A stretch of DNA of 64,000 nt from a virus (taxonomy: Duplodnaviria > Caudoviricetes), in IMG/VR virus record IMGVR_UViG_3300025154_000071, positions 14,173 to 78,172 of that record; one strand, 5' to 3'. The position numbers and the translations under genes were made by a program. Numbering within the stretch: position 1 is the stretch's first letter; each line of letters starts with the position of its first letter. This document shows, piece after piece, positions 50,694 to 59,499 of the stretch. Below the pieces are notes generated by a model. It did not search any database. It worked only from the letters and a program-made list of their open reading frames with translations, and was not told where the DNA came from.

Positions 50694-51096
50694 ATGGGAA
50701 CTAACTATTACTTATATATTGATATTTGTCCACATTGCAAAAAAAGAAGATGTAAGAATACATTTAGGAAAGAAATCTCATGGTTGGGCATTTTCAATTC
50801 AAGGGTTTAAGTATTTAGGTTTCTTCGGTAAAGCAGCAAATGATTTCATCGAACATACGCTTAATTATTACTCTATAACTGAATGGGAGACGTGGAAAGA
50901 TATTCTAAAGAGTATGCCTAAATCATGGATAGTCAAAGATGAAGAGGACAGAGAGGTTACAATAAAAGATTTCATTAAGTTGGTTGAATCGAGTTATAAG
51001 GTCAGGAAGAATCTTAAACATGCAGTAGAGTGTCCAGGTGAAAGAGATTATTTAGACGATGACGGTTATAGCATAAGCGAAGGGGATTTTAGTTAA
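50694..51096 (+). pseudogene. Conserved phage protein (MGTNYY...CPHC...HLGKKS.GW type) broken by +1 in an A7 run
   Basis: ATG 50694 gives MGTNYYLYIDICPHCKK. Removing one A of 50739-50745 joins EDVRIHLGKKSHGWAFS. Confidence 0.7.
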
Positions 51097-51285
51097 AAGG
51101 GAGAATGGGATGAAAGAAGCAATGGAAGAATGGAAACGGTATCAAAATATATTAACAACGTTATCCGCTCCTGCCAATTATGCGGCAGAAGCTAATGCGC
51201 GTCAAACTCTCAAAAGTGACTATGCGTACATTACAGGGCCGGTGGACAATTTTACTAAGTTTTTAACATTATATAATAGGAGGGG

Positions 51286-51519
51286 TTGAAAATGGCAATA
51301 CAAAAAAAATGTAGATATTGTGATCGGTGGGTAAGGGTGATAGGACGCATAAAAGGCGACTGCATACATCATATAGAGCAAACAGATCAAGATTTTAGTT
51401 GTGATGAGTTTGCCCCTAATCAACCTTCGAGATCACTGGATTATCGTAATAAGTGCGAAGTGGTGTTTACACTAGGTTGGATAATAGCAGTCATATTATT
51501 GATAATATACAGGAGATAA
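51286..51519 (+). CDS. Cys-rich protein with C-terminal TM helix
   Basis: CRYC...C...C; hydrophobic tail. Confidence 0.5.
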   Translation: MKMAIQKKCRYCDRWVRVIGRIKGDCIHHIEQTDQDFSCDEFAPNQPSRSLDYRNKCEVVFTLGWIIAVILLIIYRR

Positions 51520-51526
51520 ATAAAAA

Positions 51527-51548
51527 GAGCGCCGAGAGATCGGCGCTT
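51527..51548. terminator. Bidirectional terminator between convergent units
   Basis: GAGCGCCGA-GAGA-TCGGCGCTT flanked by A and T runs. Confidence 0.7.
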
Positions 51549-51558
51549 CTTATTTTAC

Positions 51559-52134
51559 TTATGCTTTTGTGTTTTCTTTAACACATCTTATTATATCATG
51601 TTTAACTTCGATTTGATATTTGGCATCTTTATTCTTTATATAATCAATTAAGTCAGACAAGAAAGGGTATGAGTTCTTTCCGGCGAAACATCGGGCATCA
51701 TCTATTAAAATGATATGTTTCTTGTTATTGACAAAGATAGCGTCTATTTCTTCGAGTATAGGGCATTCTTTATCGCCCTTGGCCGTATCGCCGCCAGAGA
51801 AATGACCATCAAGCCAAAATATTGCTTGACCATTAATGCCATTTATAGCTTGTGATAATAATTTGCCACTATCGCCTTGTAAAATATGAATATGCCCATA
51901 AGGGGCAAAGATCAGTCTAGCCCGTTCTGCTAATGCTTCACTAAGTTCTATTGATATGATAGTTTTAAAGTTATCTTTTTGTGCTAATACCATATCACCG
52001 TGCCAAGTTCCTGTTTCGATAAAGTATTTGCATTTATATAGGTCTTGGTATTCTTTTATTATTTCTTGTTTTACTATTGGCGGAGGTGGGATAATCCCAC
52101 CATTGGTTTCGTATTCAGTTATAATTTGGTTCAT
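51559..52134 (-). CDS. Class I SAM-dependent methyltransferase
   Basis: FIETGTWHGD, ISIEL, QGDS, FWLDGH, ILIDD. Confidence 0.75.
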   Translation of the reverse strand: MNQIITEYETNGGIIPPPPIVKQEIIKEYQDLYKCKYFIETGTWHGDMVLAQKDNFKTIISIELSEALAERARLIFAPYGHIHILQGDSGKLLSQAINGINGQAIFWLDGHFSGGDTAKGDKECPILEEIDAIFVNNKKHIILIDDARCFAGKNSYPFLSDLIDYIKNKDAKYQIEVKHDIIRCVKENTKA

Positions 52135-52143
52135 GCTTGCTCC

Positions 52144-52590
52144 TTATAAATATATTTCTATTATAAAATTGTCATGTAATTTATAAAGCTCTTCTTCCAT
52201 TATTGACTTAATATCTTCCCATTTAATTTTTCCACAACCACACCCAAGTTTTGGGAATGCAATTCTTATTTTATCATTAAAAGATAGATTTAAAGTTTCT
52301 ACTAGATTTTTTAAATTATTACGGATAAAATCGATTTCTGAATCTTGTTTCCAATGGTCTTTTATGGCCAGATGAATAACTCCGTCTTTTAGATCTCCGA
52401 GGATGAATCCAGTTTCTTTTAACAATGATAAGTATATTAAGTATAAAAGTTCACATTGTGGCATTCTTTTTTTAAACTCTTTGGCCAATCCAGCGCCCAT
52501 AACTCCAACCTTGTTTACTGGACATACCTTATAATCTGCATGAATTGCGTCAAAGATTGAACCTTTTATATATTCTATTTTATGTATCAT
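52144..52590 (-). CDS. Macrodomain protein (DarG/Poa1p-like ADP-ribosyl hydrolase)
   Basis: KGSIF, VNKVGVMGAGLAKEFK, IAFPKLGCGCG. Confidence 0.8.
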   Translation of the reverse strand: MIHKIEYIKGSIFDAIHADYKVCPVNKVGVMGAGLAKEFKKRMPQCELLYLIYLSLLKETGFILGDLKDGVIHLAIKDHWKQDSEIDFIRNNLKNLVETLNLSFNDKIRIAFPKLGCGCGKIKWEDIKSIMEEELYKLHDNFIIEIYL

Positions 52591-53229
52591 ACATTCTCCT
52601 CATATATTTCTATCTCTACCTGGGCGAAATCAATTAATGTGTCTTCCTCTGCAATCGGGATAGCATAATCAACTAAAGGTAATGTTACTTCAATTTTCTT
52701 TATAAACACTTGCTTATTTTCCATGAAGTAACACTTCTTTCGTCTCCATTTTAACCACATATTTATCGCCCATTTTGGTAATATCAATATAGTCGGTTGC
52801 TACAAATATTTCCTCTGGACTGAATGTTATTGTAGAATTTATCACTGTTAATATCATCGTGTGATATGTTGCCACAAATCCAGTTGAATAAGTTAAAACA
52901 TACTTATTGCCTTCAAGGTATTGTACGTTGATATTAACCGCATCTTTCGCTTCGTTAGAGAATACATACCAAACCGTTTCTTTAATGCCTTTGATTCTAA
53001 TCATTCCACTACTATTTACGATGCGATGTTCAAATTCTAACGGTTGTGCCATTGTTTTAACCTCAACTTGTTTAGTATTTATTTTTTCTACATGTTTGAT
53101 AATCATATAACTCATTAGGAGCGCGATAGAGAGGGCAAAGAATACCGTAATGGCTTCTGACATCTTTTGCCTCTTGGACATGCGTTTAAGGTATATCTGG
53201 TGATTAGGTGACATGTTATCTTCTTTCAT
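52587..53229 (-). other. Two hypothetical ORFs (52587-~52724; 52714-53229 with TM helix)
   Basis: ORF track. Confidence 0.5.
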
Positions 53230-53230
53230 G

Positions 53231-53428
53231 CTAGTCCTTTCTAACTCTATTCTTCATGTTTTCATTTTTATAGCAATATCCATGTATAACATCGTTAACT
53301 ATATAAACTTCTTCTCTGGTCATTTCAGATGATATACATTTATCACAGAAGATATGCTCTGATTTAGATTGAACAAGTTTTTCTTTCTTTGATTTGCAGA
53401 TTGGGCAAGTGTATTCAAATATTGGCAT
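53231..53428 (-). CDS. FmdB-family Zn-ribbon protein
   Basis: MPIFEYTCPIC...CDKC. Confidence 0.7.
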   Translation of the reverse strand: MPIFEYTCPICKSKKEKLVQSKSEHIFCDKCISSEMTREEVYIVNDVIHGYCYKNENMKNRVRKD

Positions 53429-53705
53429 TCATAGCCTCCATCTCTGGTATCATCGCCAGGGTAAATCTAAATTTAGTTTTACCATCTACATTAACAGTTT
53501 CGAACCACATGCTTTGTGGCCGGCACCATAGTCTTGGTTCAGACATATCAGCACGGCGATAAATAACAACAGGCTCATTTGTTTCTGAATGTGTAGCAAA
53601 CGCCATTACCTCATAACATGAACCTTTGTAGTGCTTGTAGATTTGACCAACTCTTATAACGGGTATTTCCAGGTTGTTCTTGATTTGTTTACTCATTATC
53701 ATCAT
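53415..53705 (-). CDS. DUF1653-family protein
   Basis: YKHYKG..YEV...ATHSET...VIYR...LWCRPQSMW. Confidence 0.75.
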   Translation of the reverse strand: MMIMSKQIKNNLEIPVIRVGQIYKHYKGSCYEVMAFATHSETNEPVVIYRRADMSEPRLWCRPQSMWFETVNVDGKTKFRFTLAMIPEMEAMNANI

Positions 53706-53706
53706 C

Positions 53707-53835
53707 CTGCTCCTCGAAAGTTAACATCTGTTAACTTTTAGATAATTCCTTCTTCAACCTGTCCTGCCTCGCATCGCTACTACAGTTTATATAACAGTCC
53801 AAAGGCGTAAATTCCCGACAAGCCATCGGTACTTA
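53707..53835 (-). ncRNA. TnpB omegaRNA scaffold and element right end (copy 1)
   Basis: GTACCGATGGCTTGTCGGGAATTTACGCCTTTGGA...TTGAAGAAGGAA; terminal hairpin AAAGTTAAC-ATCT-GTTAACTTT; ends ...GAGCAG. Confidence 0.6.
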
Positions 53836-53849
53836 ACTATAAGATTTCT

Positions 53850-54992
53850 TTAACATACTATCTTATAATCGGTTGCTTGTTGTAAATTAATCGCCGCGTT
53901 CAAATCACGGTCAATAATTAATCCACAATTACATTTGTAAATCCTATCTGAAAGATTTAAGTCCTTCTTTATTTTGCCGCATTTGCTACACAATTTGGAA
54001 GAAGGATAAAATCTATCGACCTGTCTTATTTCTATCCCATTAATATAGCTTTTAAACTTTAACTTTTGAATGAAACCATAAATCCCTTGTTCTGCGATAG
54101 ATTTTGATAAATGCCGATTCTTCATCATTCCTTTAATATTAAGATTTTCAATTGTTATATAAGATGGCTTGGTTCTCACGACCTCATTTATAACTTTATA
54201 TTGATAATCTTGCCGTATGTTAATTATAGTTTGATGAATTTTTTGAATCCTTAATATTTGTTTATTAATATTTTTTCCTAAAATTATTCCTTTCTTTTTG
54301 CTTTCGTGTTTTCTTGAGAGTTTCTTTTGTTCTCTTTTTAGTTTCTTGTTTAATCGTTTGATTCTAGCGCCTTTATTGATGTTTTTAAACACCATCCCAC
54401 CGGAGAGTACGGCTAATTCTTTTATTCCTAGATCAATTCCTATGCCTATATTGGTGTTATTATTCTGTATTTTGCGCTCTTCATGAGTTCTAACAGAAAT
54501 ATAAAATTTCCCTGCCTTCGTTGATATATTTCCGCTTGTTATAGGTTCTCGAATTGGCAGATAACCATATTCCTTTAATTGAACCCATCCAAGAGTTGGA
54601 ATTTTAATTTGATGACGTTTACAGCAGATTTTTGTTTTTTCATCTGTTTTAACAAAACACATATTAACGTTGTTTTTGCGACTTTTAAATCTCGGAAATC
54701 CTTTCTTTGTTTTTAAGAATGCTTTATATGCTTTCTCTGCATTCATTATACTTTGTTTAACGGATTTGCTCGAAACTTCTTTAATCCACTGCTTATCTAG
54801 GTTGTTTGGGATATATTCATTATTTAACCATTTAGAAAACTTCATTCCCCCCATAAATGGTTGATCATATTCATATCGTTCCTTATTAACATCGATAAAT
54901 AGATTATAAACGAATCGACACGTTCCTATCGTTTTTAGAAACTTTTCCTTTTGTTTATTATTTAATTTTATTTCGGTTTTATAACTTCTCAT
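53850..54992 (-). mobile_element. tnpB: TnpB RNA-guided endonuclease (IS200/IS605/IS607 type), no TnpA
   Basis: HTH, GIDLG (RuvC-I D), IENL (E), CSKC/CNC Zn finger, DRDLNAA (D). Confidence 0.92.
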
Positions 54993-55010
54993 TTTTTTAA
55001 TAGCCTTTGT

Positions 55011-55674
55011 TCATTTTATCACCGCCACAATTGGATCTATTGTTGCATAAATAGATAAACCAGCCATCTTACATTCAGGGCATTCATAATCTTCCCAGAA
55101 GTGCTTCTCTGGCGTATGTGGATTACTTTTGATGACGATCTTAAACTTACATAGGCAATGAGAGCATGTTGTGTCTATGTAGCCAAGTTTAGCTTTGCCT
55201 AAGTAATTATTTATTTTCTTCATTGGCCACTTCCTCTTTGTGCGTCTGGTCATAAAATATCTTGGATTTATTAGCGAAGTGCTTTATGATAGGGAACCAT
55301 AGTACGATTGATGCTGCCTGTTCGATAGGATTCTCTAAATTAGCAACTGCTTCGATACATATGGCAAATACAGCCATTGGCCTATCCATAACTGCAATTG
55401 ACAACAGATGAACATTCTCTAAATCTTTAATTAGTTTAGCACGATGCAGTGAAAACATCTCGTATGCTTTGGTTGCTACACATAAATCAGATATAGCAGT
55501 TATATCATCGTATATTTTGATGAAGTTGTAATCTTTGTGATCGCTGATATATTTTGCTGCATTGTCAACGTAATCGTTGAACATAACTTCTGCTAATTGC
55601 ATGTAATCAGGCATTTCCATTTCAGTGCCGCCCAGGAAATCAATAACGCTATCCGGTGTAGTTTCTTTCTTCAT
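55011..55674 (-). other. Two hypothetical ORFs (55011-~55223 Zn-ribbon; 55207-55674)
   Basis: ORF track. Confidence 0.5.
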
Positions 55675-55703
55675 TGATTGCTCCTTAATTTATTTTTAAT
55701 TTC

Positions 55704-55732
55704 ATTCTAACATATCATAACTGGAATGTCAA
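55704..55732 (-). promoter_or_regulatory. sigma70/sigmaA promoter
   Basis: GTTC-TTGACA-17-TAGAAT with TG extension. Confidence 0.75.
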
Positions 55733-55766
55733 GAACTATTTTTAACTTTCCTATAAAATAAAATAA

Positions 55767-55905
55767 CTGTTCTATTAATCTTATGAAATCTTATATAGAC
55801 TCCTGTTAATTTCACACTTCAACCAGACCGCCTAAGGTTGACTCCAGCCCCTTCGGTCTTACATTCTGTCCATGCGCGTTAATTCCCGTGGAACCCACGG
55901 TATTT
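55767..55905 (-). ncRNA. TnpB omegaRNA scaffold and right end (copy 2), overlapping the tnpB 3' end
   Basis: TACCGTGGGTTCCACGGGAATTAACGCGCATGGA...TTGAAGTGTGAA; ends ...AGAACAG. Confidence 0.6.
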
Positions 55906-57011
55906 ATTTTAAAATAATCCCGTATATTTTTTGCTGCATTAAAATCCCTGTTATCAGTATTTCCACAAACTTTGCAATTATAAACTCGTTCATTCAATCC
56001 CAGCGCCTTTTTAATGTTTCCACATTTATTGCAGGTCTTAGATGAGGGATAAAAGCGTGGAACTTGTGCCAAAAGTATTGAGTTATATTTGGTTTTATAG
56101 TTTAACTGTCTCCCGACCTCGCCCAATGAACTGTCAGCCAATGCTTGCGCTATTTTATGATTCTGCATCATGTTTTTTACAGATAAATCTTCTATTACTA
56201 TTATACTTGGCTTGGTTTTCACCAATTTCGTAGTAATTTTGTGAATATTATCTTTTCGGGCGTTAGATATCCTGTAGTGAAGCCTTGCTATCTTTTTTCT
56301 TGATTCTTCTCGGCGTTTACTCCCATTCTGCTTTCTGCTTATCTCTCGTTGATATCTTTTTAACTTCTTTATAGAATCCTTTAACGCTTTGGGGTTATTA
56401 AATATTTCGTTATTTGAAGTATGAATCAAGTTGGTAATCCCAAGGTCGATGCCAATGACTTCCCCTGTTGTTTTTTGTTCGGGTATTTCGAACTCAAACG
56501 AAGTTGAAACAAACCAGTGACCCGCTCGTTCTGATATTGTTACTGACTTTATTGGGAGGTTAGGAATATAGTCCTTTTCTTTTAATCGAACCCATCCAAT
56601 ACGAGGCAATTTTATTCTGCCATCCTCTAAATGAAAACTTCCATCTAAATAAAATGAGCTTACGCCTTTATGCTTTTTTTTAAATTTTGGAAATCCGACA
56701 TTTTCTCCTTTAACTCCCTTTTTTAGTCTCCGAAAAAAATTATCAAACGCCCTTCCTACGTTCATTATCGCCTGGCGTGGAGCACATTTTGAAACTTCAT
56801 ACATCCACGGAAATTCAGTAACTTTTAACGCATTTAATTTTTTATCCTGCTCAAAGGGAGATATTGACTTTTTCTCTGTCTCATATAGTTTTATTCGTTC
56901 CGATAAAGCCCAATTATAAACAAATCTCGCCACTCCTGAATGTTTCTTCAATAGCATTTTTTGTTTGTTATTTGGCTTTAACTCTGCTTTGTAACTTTTA
57001 TATATCTTCAT
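55812..57011 (-). mobile_element. tnpB: Second TnpB, no TnpA
   Basis: RFVYNWAL, GIDLG, IEDL, CNKC/CKVC, RDFNAA. Confidence 0.92.
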
Positions 57012-57154
57012 ATTATTAATTTAAAAGTTTCCCTTTTTGCTGTGAATTTTGTCTACATTATAAATGCATTATAATTATTACTTTTCGATTCAAACCTAGA
57101 TAAAAATAAGCCTACGGGAATAGGCTTATAATAATAAAAAATAGATAATGATAA

Positions 57155-57343
57155 TTATTCTTTATTTTCTTTAGCTTTCTTATGAAGAAATTCCATGATA
57201 AGCATTCTGGTCAGCGTTCCCACGCCAACGCCCATATCATCGGATATCTTTTCAAATACGACATAGTCCTCATTCTTAAGTTTAGTTGAGAACTGCTTGT
57301 CTATTTTGAGTAAAGGGTCGATCTTATGATTCATTTTTTGCAC
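57155..57343 (-). CDS. CopG/RHH-like regulator
   Basis: FSTKL...FEKISDDMGVGVGTLTRMLIMEFL. Confidence 0.6.
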   Translation of the reverse strand: MQKMNHKIDPLLKIDKQFSTKLKNEDYVVFEKISDDMGVGVGTLTRMLIMEFLHKKAKENKE

Positions 57344-57365
57344 CGCCTTTTATTTTATTTTAAAG

Positions 57366-57436
57366 CAAGGGAGGCTGGTAACGCTCCAGCTTAGATGGCT
57401 CCAAAAACCATTGCATCGCTTCTATGCTACTCCCCT
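57366..57436 (-). tRNA. Atypical tRNA-Gln(UUG)-like cloverleaf
   Basis: All four stems pair (7/4/5/5 bp); anticodon loop TT-TTG-GA; D and T loops non-canonical; no encoded CCA. Confidence 0.65.
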
Positions 57437-57447
57437 TCATATATTCC

Positions 57448-57476
57448 ATTTTACTATATCAGCCAACAAATGTCAA
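57448..57476 (-). promoter_or_regulatory. Promoter driving the tRNA-like RNA
   Basis: GTTC-TTGACA-17-TAAAAT. Confidence 0.75.
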
Positions 57477-57754
57477 GAACTATTTTTAAATTATTTTATA
57501 ATTTATTATGAATCAAAATGCAGAAGATTTAGATAAGTTATTTGTAAAATACTTGAAATGAAGAATGGCTATGGTGGCCTATTTTAAAAAACCCAACAAT
57601 AATAATGAAAGTATCCCCCCTCTCTACCTCTATCATTTTATCTTACTCTGTATATCTCTGTATATAAGATAGATAATAGATTAAAGTTATTATGATAATA
57701 ATTTAATCTTATCATGTGTATAGGAAAATTATTTTAATTATTCTAAAAAAGTTC

Positions 57755-57783
57755 TTGACATTCATTTTGATGTATGCTAAAAT
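57755..57783 (+). promoter_or_regulatory. Promoter of the packaging region
   Basis: GTTC-TTGACA-17-TAAAAT with TG extension. Confidence 0.75.
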
Positions 57784-57805
57784 AAGAAGTGTGGAGGCGA
57801 TAAAT

Positions 57806-58242
57806 ATGAAACAGAAATTATTAACAGCGATTCAAACATATAAACAGTTAGACGCTAAGGCTACAGCAATGGCAAGTACAGTTACATGCAGTGACCCTAT
57901 GTATTTTGCTGCTGATTATGTTGGAATGGTTATTAATGTTTATGTTTACAGATTTATCAATTGGTTAGAAAATAAATTAAAGTAAAATGGAGAATATCGC
58001 AAATGAGTAAAGTTGCTTCTAAAGAGTTAATTACAGGGCTATTCAAAGAAAAGTTAAACATTGATATTACTGGACTTAGGCAGACGTATATTGCCCCTAG
58101 ACCGATTATCTGCAAAGAATGTAATTTAAGATTTCAGTCTACGGATGTTATGTGTTTCGATTATAATACTGATCGCGTTCTTGTTCATTGCCCTCAGTGC
58201 AAAGAGCAAAATCTTATTTTAAAAAGGAAGATGTTAAGCTAA
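57806..58242 (+). other. Two short ORFs (57806-57985; 58003-58242 Zn-ribbon)
   Basis: RBS-led; CKEC/CPQC. Confidence 0.55.
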
Positions 58243-59309
58243 TGGCTTCTTCTCTTGACATTTCATTAGGTAAGATCAAAAAAGAATTATCTTCGTTATG
58301 GCCTGGTGCATTTCCGGCTACGTTAGATGAATTTTTATATTCGTCTAAAATACCAAAAACTACGCAGATAGATTACGAGAAAATATTCAGAGATTTATAT
58401 ACGTTTCTGCGTAATATTAAAAAGAGAAATGAACCAGATATAATAGTTTGGATATTTGTTCGCGAAAAGATGTTCGATATCTATCAACAATATGGCGACC
58501 ACCCCAGAGATTTTAATACTGCTATTAAACGTGCTTTTGGCTATGATAGGTCAAGACCGGATGAAGATTGGGCAGGACAAGCTGGTAGAGACGCAATACA
58601 GGATAGATTAGATCGTCAGACGGATAACATAGACAAAATGGAACGTATCGAAAAGAACGCTCCTAAAATTGATAAGCAGCTTAGTGATTTAAGGGAAATA
58701 CCCAAAGAAGATTTAGATAAGATACTTTGCTTAGAGCCTGATACGGAGGCAATGATAAAAGACCCTGAAACATTTGACTATGTGAAGGAACGTGATTATT
58801 ATTTTAAGCGCAAAAGAGACTATCGTGATTCGTATAATCTTAATAGTAGCGCTGACGCTCCTCTGTTAAATGAAGTGGTTATGCGCGAAATACAATTGGC
58901 TCGTTTCGATGAATACATGGCCAAGCATCATAATCGTTTCACTGGCGATGCTCGTGATAAAGTGTTTGAAGGGTTATGTAAGGCGCAGAAGTCGCTTGGC
59001 ATATCCAGAGAACAGCGTATAGATGCAGAAGGCGTTGCGAAGGATACCATAGCTGATCTTGCTGATACGTTTGAAGCATACATACAAGAACACCATATTG
59101 ATTTATCGAATTTGTTTGCTCTTGAAGAGATAGAAATGTTATTACAAAAATATGATCGTGGCGAATTTAGGGGGACAAAAGAATTATCAGAGCATTCATT
59201 TAAATATTTAACAAAAGGCACATCAGTTGAGGAGGCGCGGAAAATATTAGCAGATAACAAGGGGTTGATGGAAGATTTAGACAAAGAGGCAAGTCAAATA
59301 AAGTTTTAA
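58242..59309 (+). CDS. Putative terminase small subunit
   Basis: Helical protein upstream of TerL; KAQKSLGISREQR segment; likely start ATG 58242. Confidence 0.45.
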   Translation: MASSLDISLGKIKKELSSLWPGAFPATLDEFLYSSKIPKTTQIDYEKIFRDLYTFLRNIKKRNEPDIIVWIFVREKMFDIYQQYGDHPRDFNTAIKRAFGYDRSRPDEDWAGQAGRDAIQDRLDRQTDNIDKMERIEKNAPKIDKQLSDLREIPKEDLDKILCLEPDTEAMIKDPETFDYVKERDYYFKRKRDYRDSYNLNSSADAPLLNEVVMREIQLARFDEYMAKHHNRFTGDARDKVFEGLCKAQKSLGISREQRIDAEGVAKDTIADLADTFEAYIQEHHIDLSNLFALEEIEMLLQKYDRGEFRGTKELSEHSFKYLTKGTSVEEARKILADNKGLMEDLDKEASQIKF

Positions 59310-59319
59310 AGCAAGGAGT

Positions 59320-59487
59320 ATGAAAATGGCTAAGAAAATAATTTGCGAGGACTGTAATCTCGATATTACCAATGAAAACAAATATAATGTCAAAAGGCTT
59401 GGCATCAAAAATTATGTATGCCAGAAATGCTATACGAAGAAACTTGATAAACTTAAAAAATCAGAATTAAAGAAAAAATCGAATTAA
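59320..59487 (+). CDS. Small Zn-finger protein
   Basis: Manual translation CEDC...CQKC. Confidence 0.5.
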   Translation: MKMAKKIICEDCNLDITNENKYNVKRLGIKNYVCQKCYTKKLDKLKKSELKKKSN

Positions 59488-59499
59488 GGAGCGATACGA

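Noticed and set aside
53850-57011. Nuclease-dead TnpB regulators (TldR-like) or self-targeting guides
   Set aside because: RuvC D/E/D residues are intact in both; partial guide matches elsewhere (e.g. ~57349) are low-complexity AT runs.
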